DNA of 64,000 bases from Octopus sinensis (GCF_006345805.1 NC_043002.1:29388001-29452000), one strand, 5' to 3'. Numbered from the stretch's first letter, positions 12,879 through 28,711 are shown. Translations and numbers: made by a program. The notes: a model not told the origin generated them from the sequence alone.

Positions 12879-13094
12879 CACACACACACACATTTTTTTC
12901 ACTCCTTTTTTTTCTCTCCTTTTTTCTCTCCATTTTTTCTCTCCTTGTTTCTCTTCTTGTTTCTTTCTGTGTTCCTTTTTTGTGGAGGAGCGTAGGCTCG
13001 AAACGTTAGAGAATTTTTCAATTCCCGAGCGTTATACTAATACATCTGTTTGTTTTCTATTCCACCTGTCTTCGTCCTTTTCTTTTGTGATTCT

Positions 13095-13140
<46 letters not shown>

Positions 13141-13259
13141 AACTTTCTATATATTTATCTATGTGTCTACATTTGTATGTTTGCATGTATGTATGTATCT
13201 ATCTATATATGTATATGTGTATACGTATGTGCGTGCGATTAAATATTTCTTGGAATATG

Positions 13260-13316
<57 letters not shown>

Positions 13317-13749
13317 GCTCACACACACACATACATATACACATAAATATACATGGGAGTACAATTAGAAGTTTCTGTAAGGGTGTTTAAGTGTGTGTAT
13401 CTGAATGCGTTTGTTCTGTATCACCCACTCTACATATTTAGTTGTAGCATGAAACTGAAGAAGTAGTTTTTCCTAATCCCATCCTCACATCGACACTCTG
13501 AACCACACACACACAACTCCAACACGTCCAGACATCCACTGCTCACGATTATTCCCAGAATTCACTACAGACAAGTCTGAAATTACTTCAGAATTCTGAT
13601 CGCTATCTTTGTCTCCTATGACGTCATTGTCAGTAAGATTTATCATAAACACTTTCAATATGACACGTCTATGAAGCACTTATTGCTAAAGTTGAAAGCA
13701 ATAATTTTATGTTTTAGCGTCAACACACTAGTCTTTATCTATCTATCTA

Positions 13750-13864
<115 letters not shown>

Positions 13865-14009
13865 ATATCTATCTGTATTTCTATCTCTCTTTTTCTCCCT
13901 CTCACTCTACCTATGTACATTTGTAGCTATCTGTCTCTCTGTCCCTCTGTCTGCCTGTCTGTCTGTCTGTCTATAAATCTGCTTGCAAATATACTTATAC
14001 ACACTCGTA

Positions 14010-14058
<49 letters not shown>

Positions 14059-14217
14059 GTACAGTTATACAAAGGCACATATGTGTTGTGTGCATGTACA
14101 TACGTGTATACGTCTCTCTGAAAGTGTATATACTAGAAATGGAAATGTTTCATAAATATTTACGCGTTGGTGTGTGCATTAAAACGGACGCTTTAATTTA
14201 CAAAGGAACTCATTCCC

Positions 14218-14264
<47 letters not shown>

Positions 14265-14564
14265 GATATATGTATGCATGTATTATGTTTGTGTGTATGT
14301 GCGTATGTATATGTGCATCTTTGAATGTATGTATGTGTAGGCGCGCATGCGTATACACTCATACATTTATGTAGATTTTTACACAAAAGAAAGGGCAGTG
14401 GCATAATTGTTTTTCAGATTATCAAGATAAAATAAATGAAATAATAATAGTAGTAATTTTGACGATGATGTTGTTGTCGATGATGATGATGATGATGATC
14501 ATGATAATGATTATTATTATTATTATTATATTATTATTATTATTATTATTATTATTATGTTGAC

Positions 14565-14641
<77 letters not shown>

Positions 14642-14767
14642 GCCTCAGGATAAACAAATATTTTCCGTCTTGGGTGGGTCACTTTGTTATATACTTTTTT
14701 CCTCTTTATGGTATAAGCAAGCTACCTCCTGACATGCTTACGTCATTGTTATCGTCGTGGTAGTCGA

Positions 14768-14807
<40 letters not shown>

Positions 14808-14810
14808 GTA

Positions 14811-14841
<31 letters not shown>

Positions 14842-15488
14842 CTCCTCCTCTTTCTTCTTCACAATATATGTACATATATATATAGCAACGGCAATAAGAA
14901 GCACCAGCCTTGTTAAAAATAGGAATAAAAAAAACAACTCCATAGAGTTTTTGACTCCTATTTTTAGCAAACTCCGGTGACGATAGATTTGAATAAAAAG
15001 AATAAGCAAAAGTAAGCAACTATGATGAATTGAGGTGGGAAATACGCAGGTTGTGAGCAATGAAGAAGGTGGACATGATAACAATAGTGATTAATGCACT
15101 TGGAGGGTGTCAGCACTGGACTACCAACAGGGATCAAAAAGATTGTTACAAATGTACGGATAGAACACCTACAAAAATAATTATTGCTCACTGGCGTTTT
15201 CATCCGTCTTTACGCTCTGAGTTCCAAATTCCGCCGAGGTCTAATTTTGAGCGTTATTCTTTCGGGGGTCGATAACATAAAGTACCAGTCAAGTACTGCG
15301 ATCGATGATATCGCCTAGCTACCCCCTCACCTCACAAAGCTTTAGCCTTATGCCAATTGCAAAAAGAATCATTACTACTGCTCTTTATTTTCTGCTTTCT
15401 TCTTTTTTGTGACAACGCTTCTCTTTTTTTCTTTCGCCACCATCTCCTCCTCCTCCTCCCCAGCCATCATCATCATCATCATCATCAA

Positions 15489-15559
<71 letters not shown>

Positions 15560-15840
15560 GCAGCTGCATCACAATTATCATTATCTTCAATTTTGTTAAA
15601 TTCTTATTTTTCTTTCTTTTTTCCATTTTGTATAATTCATGTCAAAATATAAACAAGTAATCCAAGGTGTTAATGAAAATAAACGGGTGTGGATAGATGT
15701 AGGGTGAGAGACTTAGAGACGTGAACCAGGCAGACGAGAGCTGTGAGATGGGAGAGGAAGATAATTTTTAAAAGGCTTTAGACAAAAAAGAAAATAATAA
15801 ATAAATCAAAGAAAACACTATTCACACAAACAGAAACTAT

Positions 15841-15884
<44 letters not shown>

Positions 15885-18800
15885 AACACGCATACGCAGG
15901 CAAACATACACACACACACATACACACAGAGAAAGAGACTCGCGAACACACATTAAAAGGCCTAACATAAAATCAATAATAAGGAAAGATAAAGAAAAAG
16001 AAATATATAATAATAAAAAACTGGAGTGAAAAAAATGGAGCGAATAAAAAGCTAAAATTATAAAATAATGGCGGCCCCAATTTGACAGAAATTGGGGACA
16101 TTAATTCACAAGGGTTAGAGCCTAAAAGTCAACAACAGCAACAGCAATAATAATAAGAACAACAGTCAGATCATGAATAACAAGAAATATATATAAATGA
16201 AGTTATATACACATGTAGAAAATGTATAAAATCATTTTGCCATCACAAATTATAGCTAAGAACCATTTCACATTAACAAAGATTACTATTCTTGGTCGCA
16301 TTTTCGTATTTGTTTTATTGTTTCTAAATATTAATTTTCGCTTTCTCATGGAATATCAAATTAAATAAATAAATAAAAACAAACAAAAACAAGAGAGAGA
16401 GAGAAAGAGAGAAGAAGAGAGTAAAGAAGAAAAGAAAAGATACAAATATACGTGGGACGAGGAAGGTGAATGTAGAAACAGAAATGAATGTTTTAAATTC
16501 CCTTCAGTTTTATTTTATATATACTAATCTTCATTTTGTACATTATTTCTTTGAGCCTCAGACTAAAGATATTCTAGTCCAGACCATCATATTTTTTGTC
16601 AGGCCTTATTTAACTGGGAAGCATTTTACGTTTGTGGTCGATGTTAAACGCTAGATCAACCCTGATTCGTGATATCTATCATTAAAGAAGTTCCAAACAT
16701 GACCACCCAGTATTTTCATATGACTTTATAAGTCTACGACTACTCTATCCTTATGTGTCCTTCCTTCTTTCTTGTCACTGATTCACTTCAGCTTTTACTC
16801 TGTTAGCTCAGACCTATGACTTATAGTGGTACTTGATATATGGCTATATTATTCAGAGTGGCCTTCATATTGTAGGTTATGTTTTGAGAGAGAATTTGTT
16901 TCTATATCTAACAGGTTGGGCAATGGAGCAAAAGTTCCTTCGTTGGTTCGTTTAATATTTTGTTATATATATAGCAGAACAAAAAGACTTCCACCAAAGC
17001 ACTCTGAACTAAGCTTCCTTGAAGAGGTAGAAAAAGACCGAAACATGTGTCAATTTAGCGATATGATGAATTAATGTAATTAGTCATTAAGCACACGTTG
17101 AATTTTCATCAGCCTGCTAGTATTTCCATTTATATATTTACTCCAACACTTCGTCCTTAGCAGAGTTTGCTCTGTTGAATGCATTCAGATCAATTTTCCA
17201 TTTCTAGAATCTCTTCATCCATCCATTCCCCAAATCTCAGAGTCATTGACATTCCTTTTGACTGAGTAATAAAATCCCTTAAAACTATTGCATTCTCCTC
17301 AATGTTCTGACGATGATTATTTGTGCAAATGAAAGAAAATATCTGGTTACTAATTCTTGCAGCTGGAGCAATCACAAACGATTCCTCGTTGGTACAAATA
17401 CTTGGTTTCTACACAAAGTTTACGAATCTAGATGTTGTTGCTCCTTAGCCGTAAGTCAAGGAGAAAACTTTATATTGGCTTCAAATTTTGGCTAAAGGCC
17501 AGCAACTTTGAGGGAGGAGTAAGTCAGTTACATCGACCTTCGCGCTCAATTGGTATTTATTTTATCGACCTCGAAAGGATGAACGACAAAGTCGATCTCA
17601 GCGGAATTTGAACTCATATCGTAAAGGTGAACGAAATGCTGATAAGCATTTTGTCCGACGTAGTCATCCTAAAATTAAAACTATTTTAACATTCAATATC
17701 ATATCTTTTTAGTAGTAGCAAGGACTAAATTATCCAACATAAACTTTCCATTTTAGAGGGTGGTGTTTTGTATGAGAGATAGCTGACTATCATTTTTAAT
17801 AGGTCAAGTGAGAAGCTCCAAGCTTAGTTATCACACCCGTACAGTAGGGGCCACTGAAATGTATTTCCTTTCGGGTACTTGCAGATCCTGGTACACAGCA
17901 AATTAAAGATTTGAACATATTTTCCCTTTCTTTCGCATGAGGATGATAATGATGATATATTTGCAGCTTTCATGTCGTTTATGATGATAATAAGGTAATG
18001 AGGATGAGGATGTGGATTAGTATGGCAAAGCAGACAGCTAATAAAAATGCTAAAGAGGATAAATAGTGACGACCACGACAACGATGAAGATGATCATGAT
18101 GATGATGTTCATAAGATCTTGATTAATTCTATTTAAGTGGAGCAATGATCAGTTATCCCAACTCGTACTATTTTGTTCTTTTGTCTACCTAGGATTACAT
18201 TTACAAATGTGACATCTTTTTGTTTTCGTTTTATTTCTATGGTGTGATTCGAGGGTAACTGACTTATTCCTTGTAGACTTACGCTCTATGAAGACAGTTA
18301 TTGTTTTGATGATGATTGTGAAGATGATGGAAATGACAATGGTAGCGTTGGTGGTGGTGATGGTATCGGTGGTTTTGATGATGGGAGCTGTGGTGATGCT
18401 ACTGACGATGAAGAATGAAGGTGGGTAATGTTCGTGATGAAGATGATGACGATAATGATGATGATTTGGAGGACAGCAGCACTGGAACTAATGATGATGA
18501 TGACGAGGAAAAAATGACGGTGCTGCAGTTGTTTATTGTTGTTATTTCTATTATCTCAATGTATGTGTGTGTGCATGCGTGTGCGTGTGTATGTTTATGT
18601 GTGTGTATATGTGTGTGTGTGAGAGAGAGATTGAGAGAAAGAGGAGAGATTGAGAGGGGTGGTGGTATAGTATCCATTAAATGATAGGATCGGAAATGTC
18701 AAAAACACAAGATGGAAACGACTGTCAAAACAAAGAAGTGAAGACGTATATTAGTAGTGGTGGTGTTAGCAGTTATGGTAGTAGTGGTGGTGGTGGTGGT

Positions 18801-19460
18801 GGCTTTGGTGGTAGTAGAGGTGATACTATTGTTGTTGTTGGTAATAGTGAGGCTTGTGCTGGTGATGATGCAAGTAACGATGATCGTAGCATTTTGACGT
18901 TGGTGTTGTTTGGAGTGGTATTAGTGAAAGTGGTATAGACATTGCTTTTGCGAGTGGTGGTGATGGTAGTAGTGGCACAGTGATTGGAGTGGTGTTGGTC
19001 ATGTTCCTATTTGTGGTGTTTGTTAGTGTTTGGCTTAGTGGTGATGCTATTGGTGTTGTGATCGGTAGTATTGTTAGTGACTGTGATTATCTTAGTGGTG
19101 GTCGAAGTTCTGATATATCGTAAATACTCGCGGATATGTCGCGACATTTTAAACCAAAAATTTCGATAAAAACCAGGGGTCCGACATCTCCACTCGACAT
19201 CACATGGATCTGAAGTAAGCAGCCGATGAACAAGTGAAAAGAATATTTTACAGTGATGATGGCGAAGAAGAATTTTAGAATTTCAATCCTGATGAAGTTT
19301 AATAACTTAAAACTTAAACGCTTTCCTTATGTAACGTTTATTTCTGTTCTGTTTGTAATTCTAGAACAGTGCTCCGCATTCAGTATGCCGGGGCGCACTG
19401 GTGTGCCACGAGACGATCGTAGTTGTGCTGCAGTATAAACTAATATAATTTTTCCCTACA

Positions 19461-19595
19461 GGCGCAGGCGTGGCTGCGTGTTAAGAAGCTTGCTTCCCAA
19501 GCACATGGTCCCGGGTTCAGTCCCACTGTGTGGCACCTTGGACAAGTGTCTCCTACTATAGTCTCGGACCGACCAAAACCTTGTGGGTGGATTTA
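19461..19595 (+). mobile_element. SINE family A, 5' fragment
   Basis: Runs from the head to GTGGATTT only. Confidence 0.85.
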
Positions 19596-20254
19596 AATTT
19601 AAATAATAAGGATAAATAATTGATATTAACTTGATTAATATCAATTTAAACCAGGGCTTAGCATATTGAAAATATCGGAAGATTCAGAAAATTATATTAC
19701 ATGGATATAAGTGGGATGGCCACTAGGTGGACATCCAATATGCTAAATGTAGACCCCATATGGTCTGATCACTAAGAAAATATTATTCTCAAGAAAATTC
19801 GGTTAACGCCAGAACGTAAGCGAGCAAGACAAATGAAAAGATACAAAATATAATGATTAGTCACATACTAGGTTTTATTGTTACAATTTACATATTTACA
19901 TACGTAAATGTCTGCTAACCATCAGTGCGACTGTCATAGAAAATGTACTTTGTAGAACTCTCGGTTGTAGGATCGCGGTTTCGATTCCCAGATTGGGCGT
20001 TGTGAGCGTTTATTGGCCAAAAACAGCTAAAGCACCACGGATCTCCGGCACGTGAGTGGTGGCGAACGCTGCTGTACTCTTTCACCACAACTTTCTCTCA
20101 TTATTTCTTCCTGTTTCTGTTGTACCTATATTTCTGTTGTACCTGTATTTCAAAGGGCCAGCCTTGTCACACTCTATGTTGCACTGAACCTCCCCAGAAC
20201 TACGTTATGTGTACACGTGTCTGGGTACACGTTATGGGTACACGTGACTTAATC

Positions 20255-20480
20255 CGTTTGTCTGTCCTTGTTTGTCCTCTCTGTGTTTAGTCCCTTGTGG
20301 GTAGTAAAGAAATAGGTATTTTGTCTGTCGTTACGTTGAGCTCAAATTCCATTGAGGTCATCTTTGCCTTTTATCCTTTCAGGGTCGATAAATTAAGTAC
20401 CAGTTGCGTACTTGGATCGATTTAATCGACTGGCCCCGCTTCCTCAGAATTTCGGGCCTTGTGCCTGGAATAAAAAAGAA
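20255..20480 (+). mobile_element. SINE family B, tail joined to a second unit
   Basis: Junction GGGTAGTAAAGAAATA|GGTATTTTGTC. Confidence 0.85.
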
Positions 20481-21138
20481 TATTTAACAAATATTTGTTA
20501 TATTTACGTTAAAAAGAGCCATATAACTCACCAGATTATAGTGTGGCCTATCTGCGAGTCAACCGCAAATATCTACTTTGACAACCCCAAACTAAGGGTG
20601 AGACCTATCCACTGGTGCAACCTATCCCCGAGTATATACGGTTGGTGATGATTGTTGTGGTGATAGTGATGTTCAGTTTGTTGGTTGTATTGGTAGTGTT
20701 TGTACTAACATTATTATGATTACTGCTGGTTATACTATCAATAATTGCGTGGATATTAAATTTAATTTAGTCACGAGTGAAGTTATCGTTGAGTAAAGGT
20801 AGTGATGAACGTAGAAGATAGCATGAGAAGAGGAAACATTTGATAGGGAATATAATAAAATAATTTTATTCCTCTGTGTCTGTGTAATTGGCTTAAGGGG
20901 TAAGTAATAATTTAGTATTAGTTGAGTAGGGAATTTTATCGATATTTAAAACTAGCATAAGATCAGTAGATGCTATCGAACTTTGAGGCATGCTTGGTAT
21001 TTATTCTATCATACCAGGAAGGATATATTCTTAAAAGGAAAAAAAAATTGTGGGGGTGAGCTTTATACACAGACACGTACGCATATACGCGCACACGCAC
21101 ACACACATCTATAAAATGAGAGAGAGAGGAAGACAAAT

Positions 21139-21210
<72 letters not shown>

Positions 21211-21380
21211 AGAGAGAGATAGAGAAAAGGCAAGAGTCTTTTAATTTTGCACTGGAACATTTCTGTCGATCGAATGCCTGGTGTAATGGATGACTGATGC
21301 TACAATACGATGTCGAAACAGGGTAAAATACAGAGGGGGATATGAGAAGTTATAATAGTTACGCACGGGAAGAAGTAGAG

Positions 21381-21463
<83 letters not shown>

Positions 21464-22633
21464 TAGTGATTAAATATATGTATGATGGATTGAATAAATG
21501 AGTGATTGAGAAAATGTGTGAGTTATCTTTTGAATTAGTTATTGTTGTTAATCTTTAATCTGAGTTCAACTCCTATTCAGCAGAAACTACGATCAAAGGG
21601 TTGTCATGAAGGCACATCGAATTTAAAACAAAATATAATGTATCGAGAAAGTTGTATATGTATTTGTGTGTACGTGTGTAAGATGTGTAACAGTTGAGGG
21701 AGTGCAAGTAGAGTGCGAGTAATGAGTGTTGGTGAATGGGATATGAGTTAAGTGATTGAGAGTGATAGGGAGTGATGATGTTTATCGAAGAAATGTACGA
21801 GAGAAGCGATGAAAGAGTAAAGTAGATAAGGTAGAGAAACAGTAATACGAAAATATGTGAGTGGTTTGAAGTGTGTCGTATAGCTGAGAGTGGGAGAGGT
21901 AATATAAGTGAGTGAGACTTGAGTTAGAGAAATAGTGAGGGAAGAGAAAGTGTGAGAGAAATTCAGAGAGATGATTTAGGGAAGAAAGTGGTTGATTAAC
22001 CCCTGTCATTCATCTTACCTCAAAACCCACTTCCCTATTCCGTTTAGGTTCGTAACATTGACGTGGAAATGAACCCGAGAAGGAAGGATGGAAAGATTGA
22101 TAGAAGAAAAAGAGAAGGAAATATAAAGAAGGAAGTGAGAAATATTGAGAAAGGAGGGGGTGCAGGGGAAAAAGCAATGATGGAGATTTAAAGATAGACA
22201 ATAGTAGAAAAGTGAAAAAGAGAACAGAGAGATCATGTGACAAAGATTGTCTGGTTGGGATGAGAGACGGGCGCGAAACCTGATGGATGGACACAAGAGA
22301 TAAGGCGGACTTTTCTATGATATATGTGTTCATTATTCGTTAAAGAATTGTTTCTTTTGTAGCAGAACGTGTAATTGTGGTGGAGTGTCTGCTATAGAAG
22401 ATATTATGAATGCAATGTGTATGTGTCTACGCATGTTTATATATGTGTGCGTGGGTGTATGTCTAAGTAATTAGCCTGCGTTGAAGATGGTTGTGAGTAT
22501 ATGCTTGTATACTGTATTAATGTATGTTGTGCTTTAAGTGGTATGTATGTGTATATGTGTGTGTGTGCGTGCGCGTGCAAGGTCTATATAGTACAAATAT
22601 ATATATACACATACATACATACATACATATATG

Positions 22634-22687
<54 letters not shown>

Positions 22688-22769
22688 GTGTGTGTGTGTG
22701 TGTGTGTCTGTGTGTGTGTAGGTGGGTGTATGTGTGTGTATATACATACATACATACATACATACATAT

Positions 22770-22802
22770 ACATACATACATACATACATAGATATATGCA
22801 AG

Positions 22803-22840
<38 letters not shown>

Positions 22841-23008
22841 CATGCATATATGTGTGTATGTATATACACACACATACACCCACACACACATATATATGCA
22901 TTTTCAGGCAAGAACAATTTTATCTTGCTCAGTATACATAAATACGCGCTCACACACACGCACGCACGCACGCACGCACACATACTCATACACATGCGTG
23001 CATTTACG

Positions 23009-23047
<39 letters not shown>

Positions 23048-23067
23048 ATATATATATATATATATGT

Positions 23068-23100
<33 letters not shown>

Positions 23101-23125
23101 GAGAGAGAGACCGAGAGAGAGAGAG

Positions 23126-23194
<69 letters not shown>

Positions 23195-23257
23195 CATACA
23201 TACATACATACATACATACTACATACATACATACATAGATATATGCAAGTGTGTGTA

Positions 23258-23289
<32 letters not shown>

Positions 23290-23457
23290 CATGCATATAT
23301 GTGTGTATGTATATACACACACATACACCCACACACACATATATATGCATTTTCAGGCAAGAACAATTTTATCTTGCTCAGTATACATAAATACGCGCTC
23401 ACACACACGCACGCACGCACGCACGCACACATACTCATACACATGCGTGCATTTACG

Positions 23458-23496
<39 letters not shown>

Positions 23497-23515
23497 ATAT
23501 ATATATATATATATG

Positions 23516-23557
<42 letters not shown>

Positions 23558-23583
23558 GAGAGAGAGACCGAGAGAGAGGAGAG

Positions 23584-23644
<61 letters not shown>

Positions 23645-23670
23645 TATAGATAGATAGATACATACATACA

Positions 23671-23700
<30 letters not shown>
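22770..23700. repeat. Tandem duplication of a compound-microsatellite block, period about 447 bp
   Basis: The unique core TTTCAGGCAAGAACAATTTTATCTTGCTCAGTATACATAAATACGCGCTC occurs at about 22902 and about 23351. GATATATGCAAGTG occurs at 22791 and 23238. Confidence 0.9.
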
Positions 23701-23701
<1 letters not shown>

Positions 23702-25233
23702 TTGTTACAAAAATATTATTGAAAATGACTACGAAGTTTTGGGTGTTGATTGCCTAGCTGGCCCAGTGTTCGAAGCCGTTGTCAAAACTATTCTTGGTAA
23801 AGTGTAATATATTTGTACTCTGTCAAATGTATTGTGTAAACCTTCAATTTAACGTAAAAATCATTTTATTATATCGTGAATACCAATATATATATATATA
23901 TATATATTTATATGCATGTTTGGTGCATATGCGAAGTGCGAATGCGTTAATATATGAGATTTTATTATTTCATACGTGTGCGAAAGGATGGAAATATTTG
24001 CCAATGACTTAGTGAGCATGCGTGAGTGCCTGTTAACCTTTGTCTATTGTTACGCATGCGTTAAAAAAGTTTCATTACTTCCGTTTCTCTATGTGTTAGT
24101 GTATGTACGCTTAGGCAGGCATTGTGTTATATGTATGTATGTATGTATGCATGCATGTATGTACGTATGTATGTGTGTATGTGTGTATGTATGAATGAAT
24201 GACTGTATGTATGTATGTATGCATACATGTATGTATGTATGTATGTATGTATGTATGTATGTATGTATGTATATATGTATGTATGTATGTATGTACGAAT
24301 TTATAAATCTCTATGTTTATATATATATATATATATATATCTATATGCGTGTTCCTGAATGCAAACATCCGTGTGCATTCAATACAGGCTGTGCGCGCTC
24401 ATGTCTGAATTCATATGTAAATACCTAAGACACGTGGGCTGACTTTCTAAAGCGTAGGTGTGACCAAAAATCCGTTTTCAGCGTCAAGTCTTCATCCTTC
24501 CATTGGCGTTACAACTGTAACTATCACGTACTTTTCAGATATCATTTATCTAGGATTACGTTGGCAAACGTACCCTGCTTTGTCTAATTTTTCTCTTCTC
24601 CAGAAGGTTGGGCTCGGAATTTGCTCTTATATTGTGTAGATGATGATGATGGTGGTGATGACGACAACGACGACGACGACAATGACAACGACAACGACGA
24701 TAGGAATTACGATAATGAAAAGGATGGTGGTGATGCTATAGATGAGGCCGAAGATGAAAATGATGATAACATTTGCGATTATCAAGGTGCTGATGATGAT
24801 GACTACTCTCGGATTGTTTGTAAAGCCGCCTCTCCCTCCGACCAACACACCCTAGATGTGCCACTGTCTCAAACTTTGGCACAGTCGAGAGTGGGTCTAT
24901 ACTTGCTCGCTGCTTTATACGCACCTAAAACAGTGTAAAGATGGTACATATTAGCAAGCCATGCTTGTCCGCGAGTGACGTCTATCTCTCAAAGTGCAAC
25001 TAACTGAATGCTTGTGACGGAAGCAGAACTTATATTTCATTCTATTATGATTTGATGTAGAGAATTTATGGAGTCATTGAAGCGGAAAGAAGTAGCTTTC
25101 AAATCTCTTGGAATTCACACCACCTTCATAGGTTATACTTGAAACAGTTACCAGATAGTCGCGGCTATGATATCTTTAACCATAGGTTTACTCAGTCAGA
25201 GAATACATGGGTAAAAGCAACAACATATATATG

Positions 25234-25462
25234 TATTTCTTTATTGCCCACAGGGGGCTAAACAAAGAGGGTGTAAACAAGGACAGACAAAGGGATTAAA
25301 TCGATTATATCGACCCCAGTGCGTAACTGGTACTTATTTAATCGACCCCGAAAGGATGAAAGGCAAAGTCGACCTCGGCGGAATTTGAACTCAGAACGTA
25401 GCGGCAGACGAAATACCGCTAAGCATTTCGCCCGGCGTGCTAACAATTCTGCCAGTTCGCCG
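25234..25462 (-). mobile_element. SINE family B monomer
   Basis: GGCGGCGAGCTGGCAGAA..GTTCTGAGTTCAAATTCCGCCGAGGTCGACTTTGCCTTTCATCCTTTCGGGGTCGAT..AAGTACCAG..GCCCCTGTGGGCAATAAAGAAATA. Other partial copies lie near 15185-15330, 17505-17665, 31240-31320, 35476-35590, 39340-39480, 46000-46100, 53090-53260 and 57995-58150. Confidence 0.9.
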
Positions 25463-25696
25463 CACTATCTACTAGCTCTCCGCCTTGGAGCAACAACATA
25501 TATATTCACTAACCATATTTACACATCATTGCAGTTTTCGAGAAACAAATAAATTGGAAACGTACACACAGACAGACAGGTAAACAGACATGCAGACACA
25601 CAGACAAAGGCGCGCGTACACACACACACATACACACGCATACAATTACATATAGATACACAACACACACATTATCAAAAATGCAAAAATAATCCA

Positions 25697-25879
25697 GGCG
25701 GAGGAGTGGCCGTGTGGTAAGTAGCTTGCTTACCAACCACATGGTTCTGAGTTCAGTCTCACTGCGTGGCACCTTGGGCGAGTGTCTTCTACTATAACCT
25801 CGGGCCGACCAAAGCCTTGTGAGTGGATTTTGTAGACGGAAATTGAAAGAAGCCCGTTGTATATATTTATATATATATG

Positions 25880-25970
<91 letters not shown>

Positions 25971-26178
25971 GTGTGTCTGTGTTTCTCCGCCAAGCATCGC
26001 TTGATAACCGATGCTGGGGGGTTTACGTCCGCGCAACTTCGCTGTTCGGCAAAAGAGACCGATAGAATAAGTACTAGGCTTACAAAAAATAAGCTCTCCT
26101 GTCGATTTGCTCGACTAAAGGCGGTGCTCCAGCATAGCCGCAGTCAAATGAATGAAACAAGTAAAAGAGTAAAAGAGA
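25697..26178 (+). mobile_element. SINE family A, full length
   Basis: Same consensus, with a long (TG)n spacer. Confidence 0.9.
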
Positions 26179-26483
26179 ATAAGAAATACTTTAGCACATC
26201 TTCAACGGTCAGTTACAATTGTTTCTGTACCAAGTTTGGTTGCAAACCCAGTTTAGGCAAACATAAGTAGGAATTTACGCAATAGTTACCAATTGTAATT
26301 GATCATTAAATCTCTATTAAAGTATTTGTGTTATTCGGATTATATTTTACTCTTCGCTACATCTGCACAACGGTTTTTCTGTTGTGAAACTGGGAATTTC
26401 TCCGTCGGAAGAATTTTGATATGAGTCTGGAGTCCGTCATGGTTCAAAGCCTAGCACACGGTTGTATTGCATCATTGGAAATA

Positions 26484-26853
26484 CTCTCTCTCTTTACTCT
26501 TTTACTTGTTTCAGTCATTTGACTGCGGCCATGCTGGAGCACCGCCTTTAGTCGAGCAAATCGACCCCGGGACTTATTCTTTGCAAGCCCAGTACTTATT
26601 TTATCAGTATCTTTTGCCGAACCGCTAAGTGACGAGGACGTAAACACACCAGCATCGGTTGTCAAGCAATGCTAGGGGGACAAACACACACGATGGGCTT
26701 TTTTCAGTTTCCTTCTACTAAACCCACTCACAAGAATTTGGTCGGCCCGAGGCTATAGTAGAAGACATTTGCCCAAGGTGCCACGCAGTGGATCTGAGCC
26801 TGGAACCATGTGGTTAGGAATTACGCTTCTTACTACACAGCCACGCCTGCGCC
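26484..26853 (-). mobile_element. SINE family A, full length
   Basis: Same consensus, with a very short spacer. Confidence 0.9.
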
Positions 26854-26859
26854 TATAAG

Positions 26860-26966
<107 letters not shown>

Positions 26967-27846
26967 GTAGGAACTTATTGTGGTCAAGGTGGCGTGGTGT
27001 TCGATTATAAATAAATAAAGAAAATACACATTAAGACGTCACCAATGAGCGAAAAACACGTAAACACACGTCAGGTAAGTATAGGACAAAATATCAAAAA
27101 ATACACAAGAACAGATCAATAACAACGAGTAAAAAATACGTAAACACATAACGAGAGACTAGTACGGGACAAAATACCAAGAAGTATAACTCGTCCTAAG
27201 TTATCGACCGCTTATTACTCTCTCTTCCATGCTTTCGATGACAAGATAGGAAAGCTTCATAAGACAGCAGCATCCAGAAATTTGAAAAACATAAATTTTG
27301 TGTCGAGTTAGGACTTCGAACGAACAAATAGCAACACAGTGAACATGCAGAACAAACAATCGACGAAGACAAACATTAAAACCCGTTAGGCCAAGACGCA
27401 TTGTAATGGGTAACACCTGGGAGAAATTTTGAAAGGATGTAGGATAAATAGAATAGAAGAAAATAGAAAAGAAAAATGTCGGGAGCTCTGAGTCTGTCAC
27501 GAAGATAAGGGTTCCAGTTGTTCCGATTAACGGAACAGCTTGCTCGTGAAATCAACGTACATGTGGCTGAGCACCCCATAGTCACGTGTACACGTAACGT
27601 AGTTCTTAAGGTGATTCAGCGTGACACAGATTGTGAAATGGCTGGCCCTTTGATATAAAAGTACCACTTATTTTTGCCAGGGGATTGGGCTGAAGCAACA
27701 TGTATGTATGTATGTATGTATGTATGTATGTATGTATGTATGGTGTAAGAATATGTAGGCGCGGCACATTTTCCATCTTGCAAAGTCAGATTCTTAATGA
27801 CCAGCCATGCCTACAGAAATAGAATAATGTTAAATCTTGACCGGTG

Positions 27847-27879
<33 letters not shown>

Positions 27880-28046
27880 TAGGAGAGGGGGAATATGAAA
27901 GAGAGAGGGAGAGAGAGAGGAGAAGGACAGGGGTAAAATGAGTGAGAGAGAGGGAGAATGAGGAGAGAGAGAGAGAAGACATTGATATATTAGAGACTAA
28001 GCGAGTGATTGTAAAGAACAGAAAGTAACGTAATACTCTAAGTATA

Positions 28047-28271
28047 TATTTCTTTATTGCCCACAAGGGGCTAAACACAGAGAGGACAAACAAGGACAGA
28101 CAAAGGGATTAAGTCGATTACATCAACCCCAGTGCGAAACTGGTACTTAATTTATCGACCCCGAAAGGATGAAAGGTAAAGTCGACCTCGGCGGAATTTG
28201 AACTCAGATCGTAACGACAGACGAAATACCGCTAAGCATTTCACCCGACGCGCTAACGTGTCTGCCAGCTT
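28047..28271 (-). mobile_element. SINE family B monomer
   Basis: Same consensus as 25234-25462. Confidence 0.9.
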
Positions 28272-28329
28272 GACTTTAGCACTGGCATTATTGTCATCGC
28301 ATATCCTTTATCCAGCTTCACGTTTATGG

Positions 28330-28440
28330 TGATGATGATGATGATGCTGATGATGATGATAATAACGATGATGGGAATGAATGGTAATGAGGATGATGAG
28401 AGTAGTGATGCTGGTGGGAAGTTATGATATTAATGGTGAC

Positions 28441-28486
<46 letters not shown>

Positions 28487-28671
28487 TAATAATAATGGTA
28501 TTGCTATTGATACTGCTACATATGGAGATAGTGATGATGATGATGATGATGATGGTGGTAGTGGTGGTGGTGGTGGTGATGACGACGAATATTAAATTGA
28601 AGGTGATGATGACGTCGACGATAAAGTTGATGTTAGGGGTGACGATGATAATCACTATGAAACTGATGGCT

Positions 28672-28711
<40 letters not shown>

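Noticed and set aside
12395-13009. 204-aa plus-strand ORF
   Set aside because: It is the antisense of the mariner remnant running into microsatellite.
13485-13685. Acidic Ser/Asp-rich ORF with splice-like ends
   Set aside because: There is an in-frame stop right after the acceptor, the ORF includes (TG)n, and no homology is recognised.
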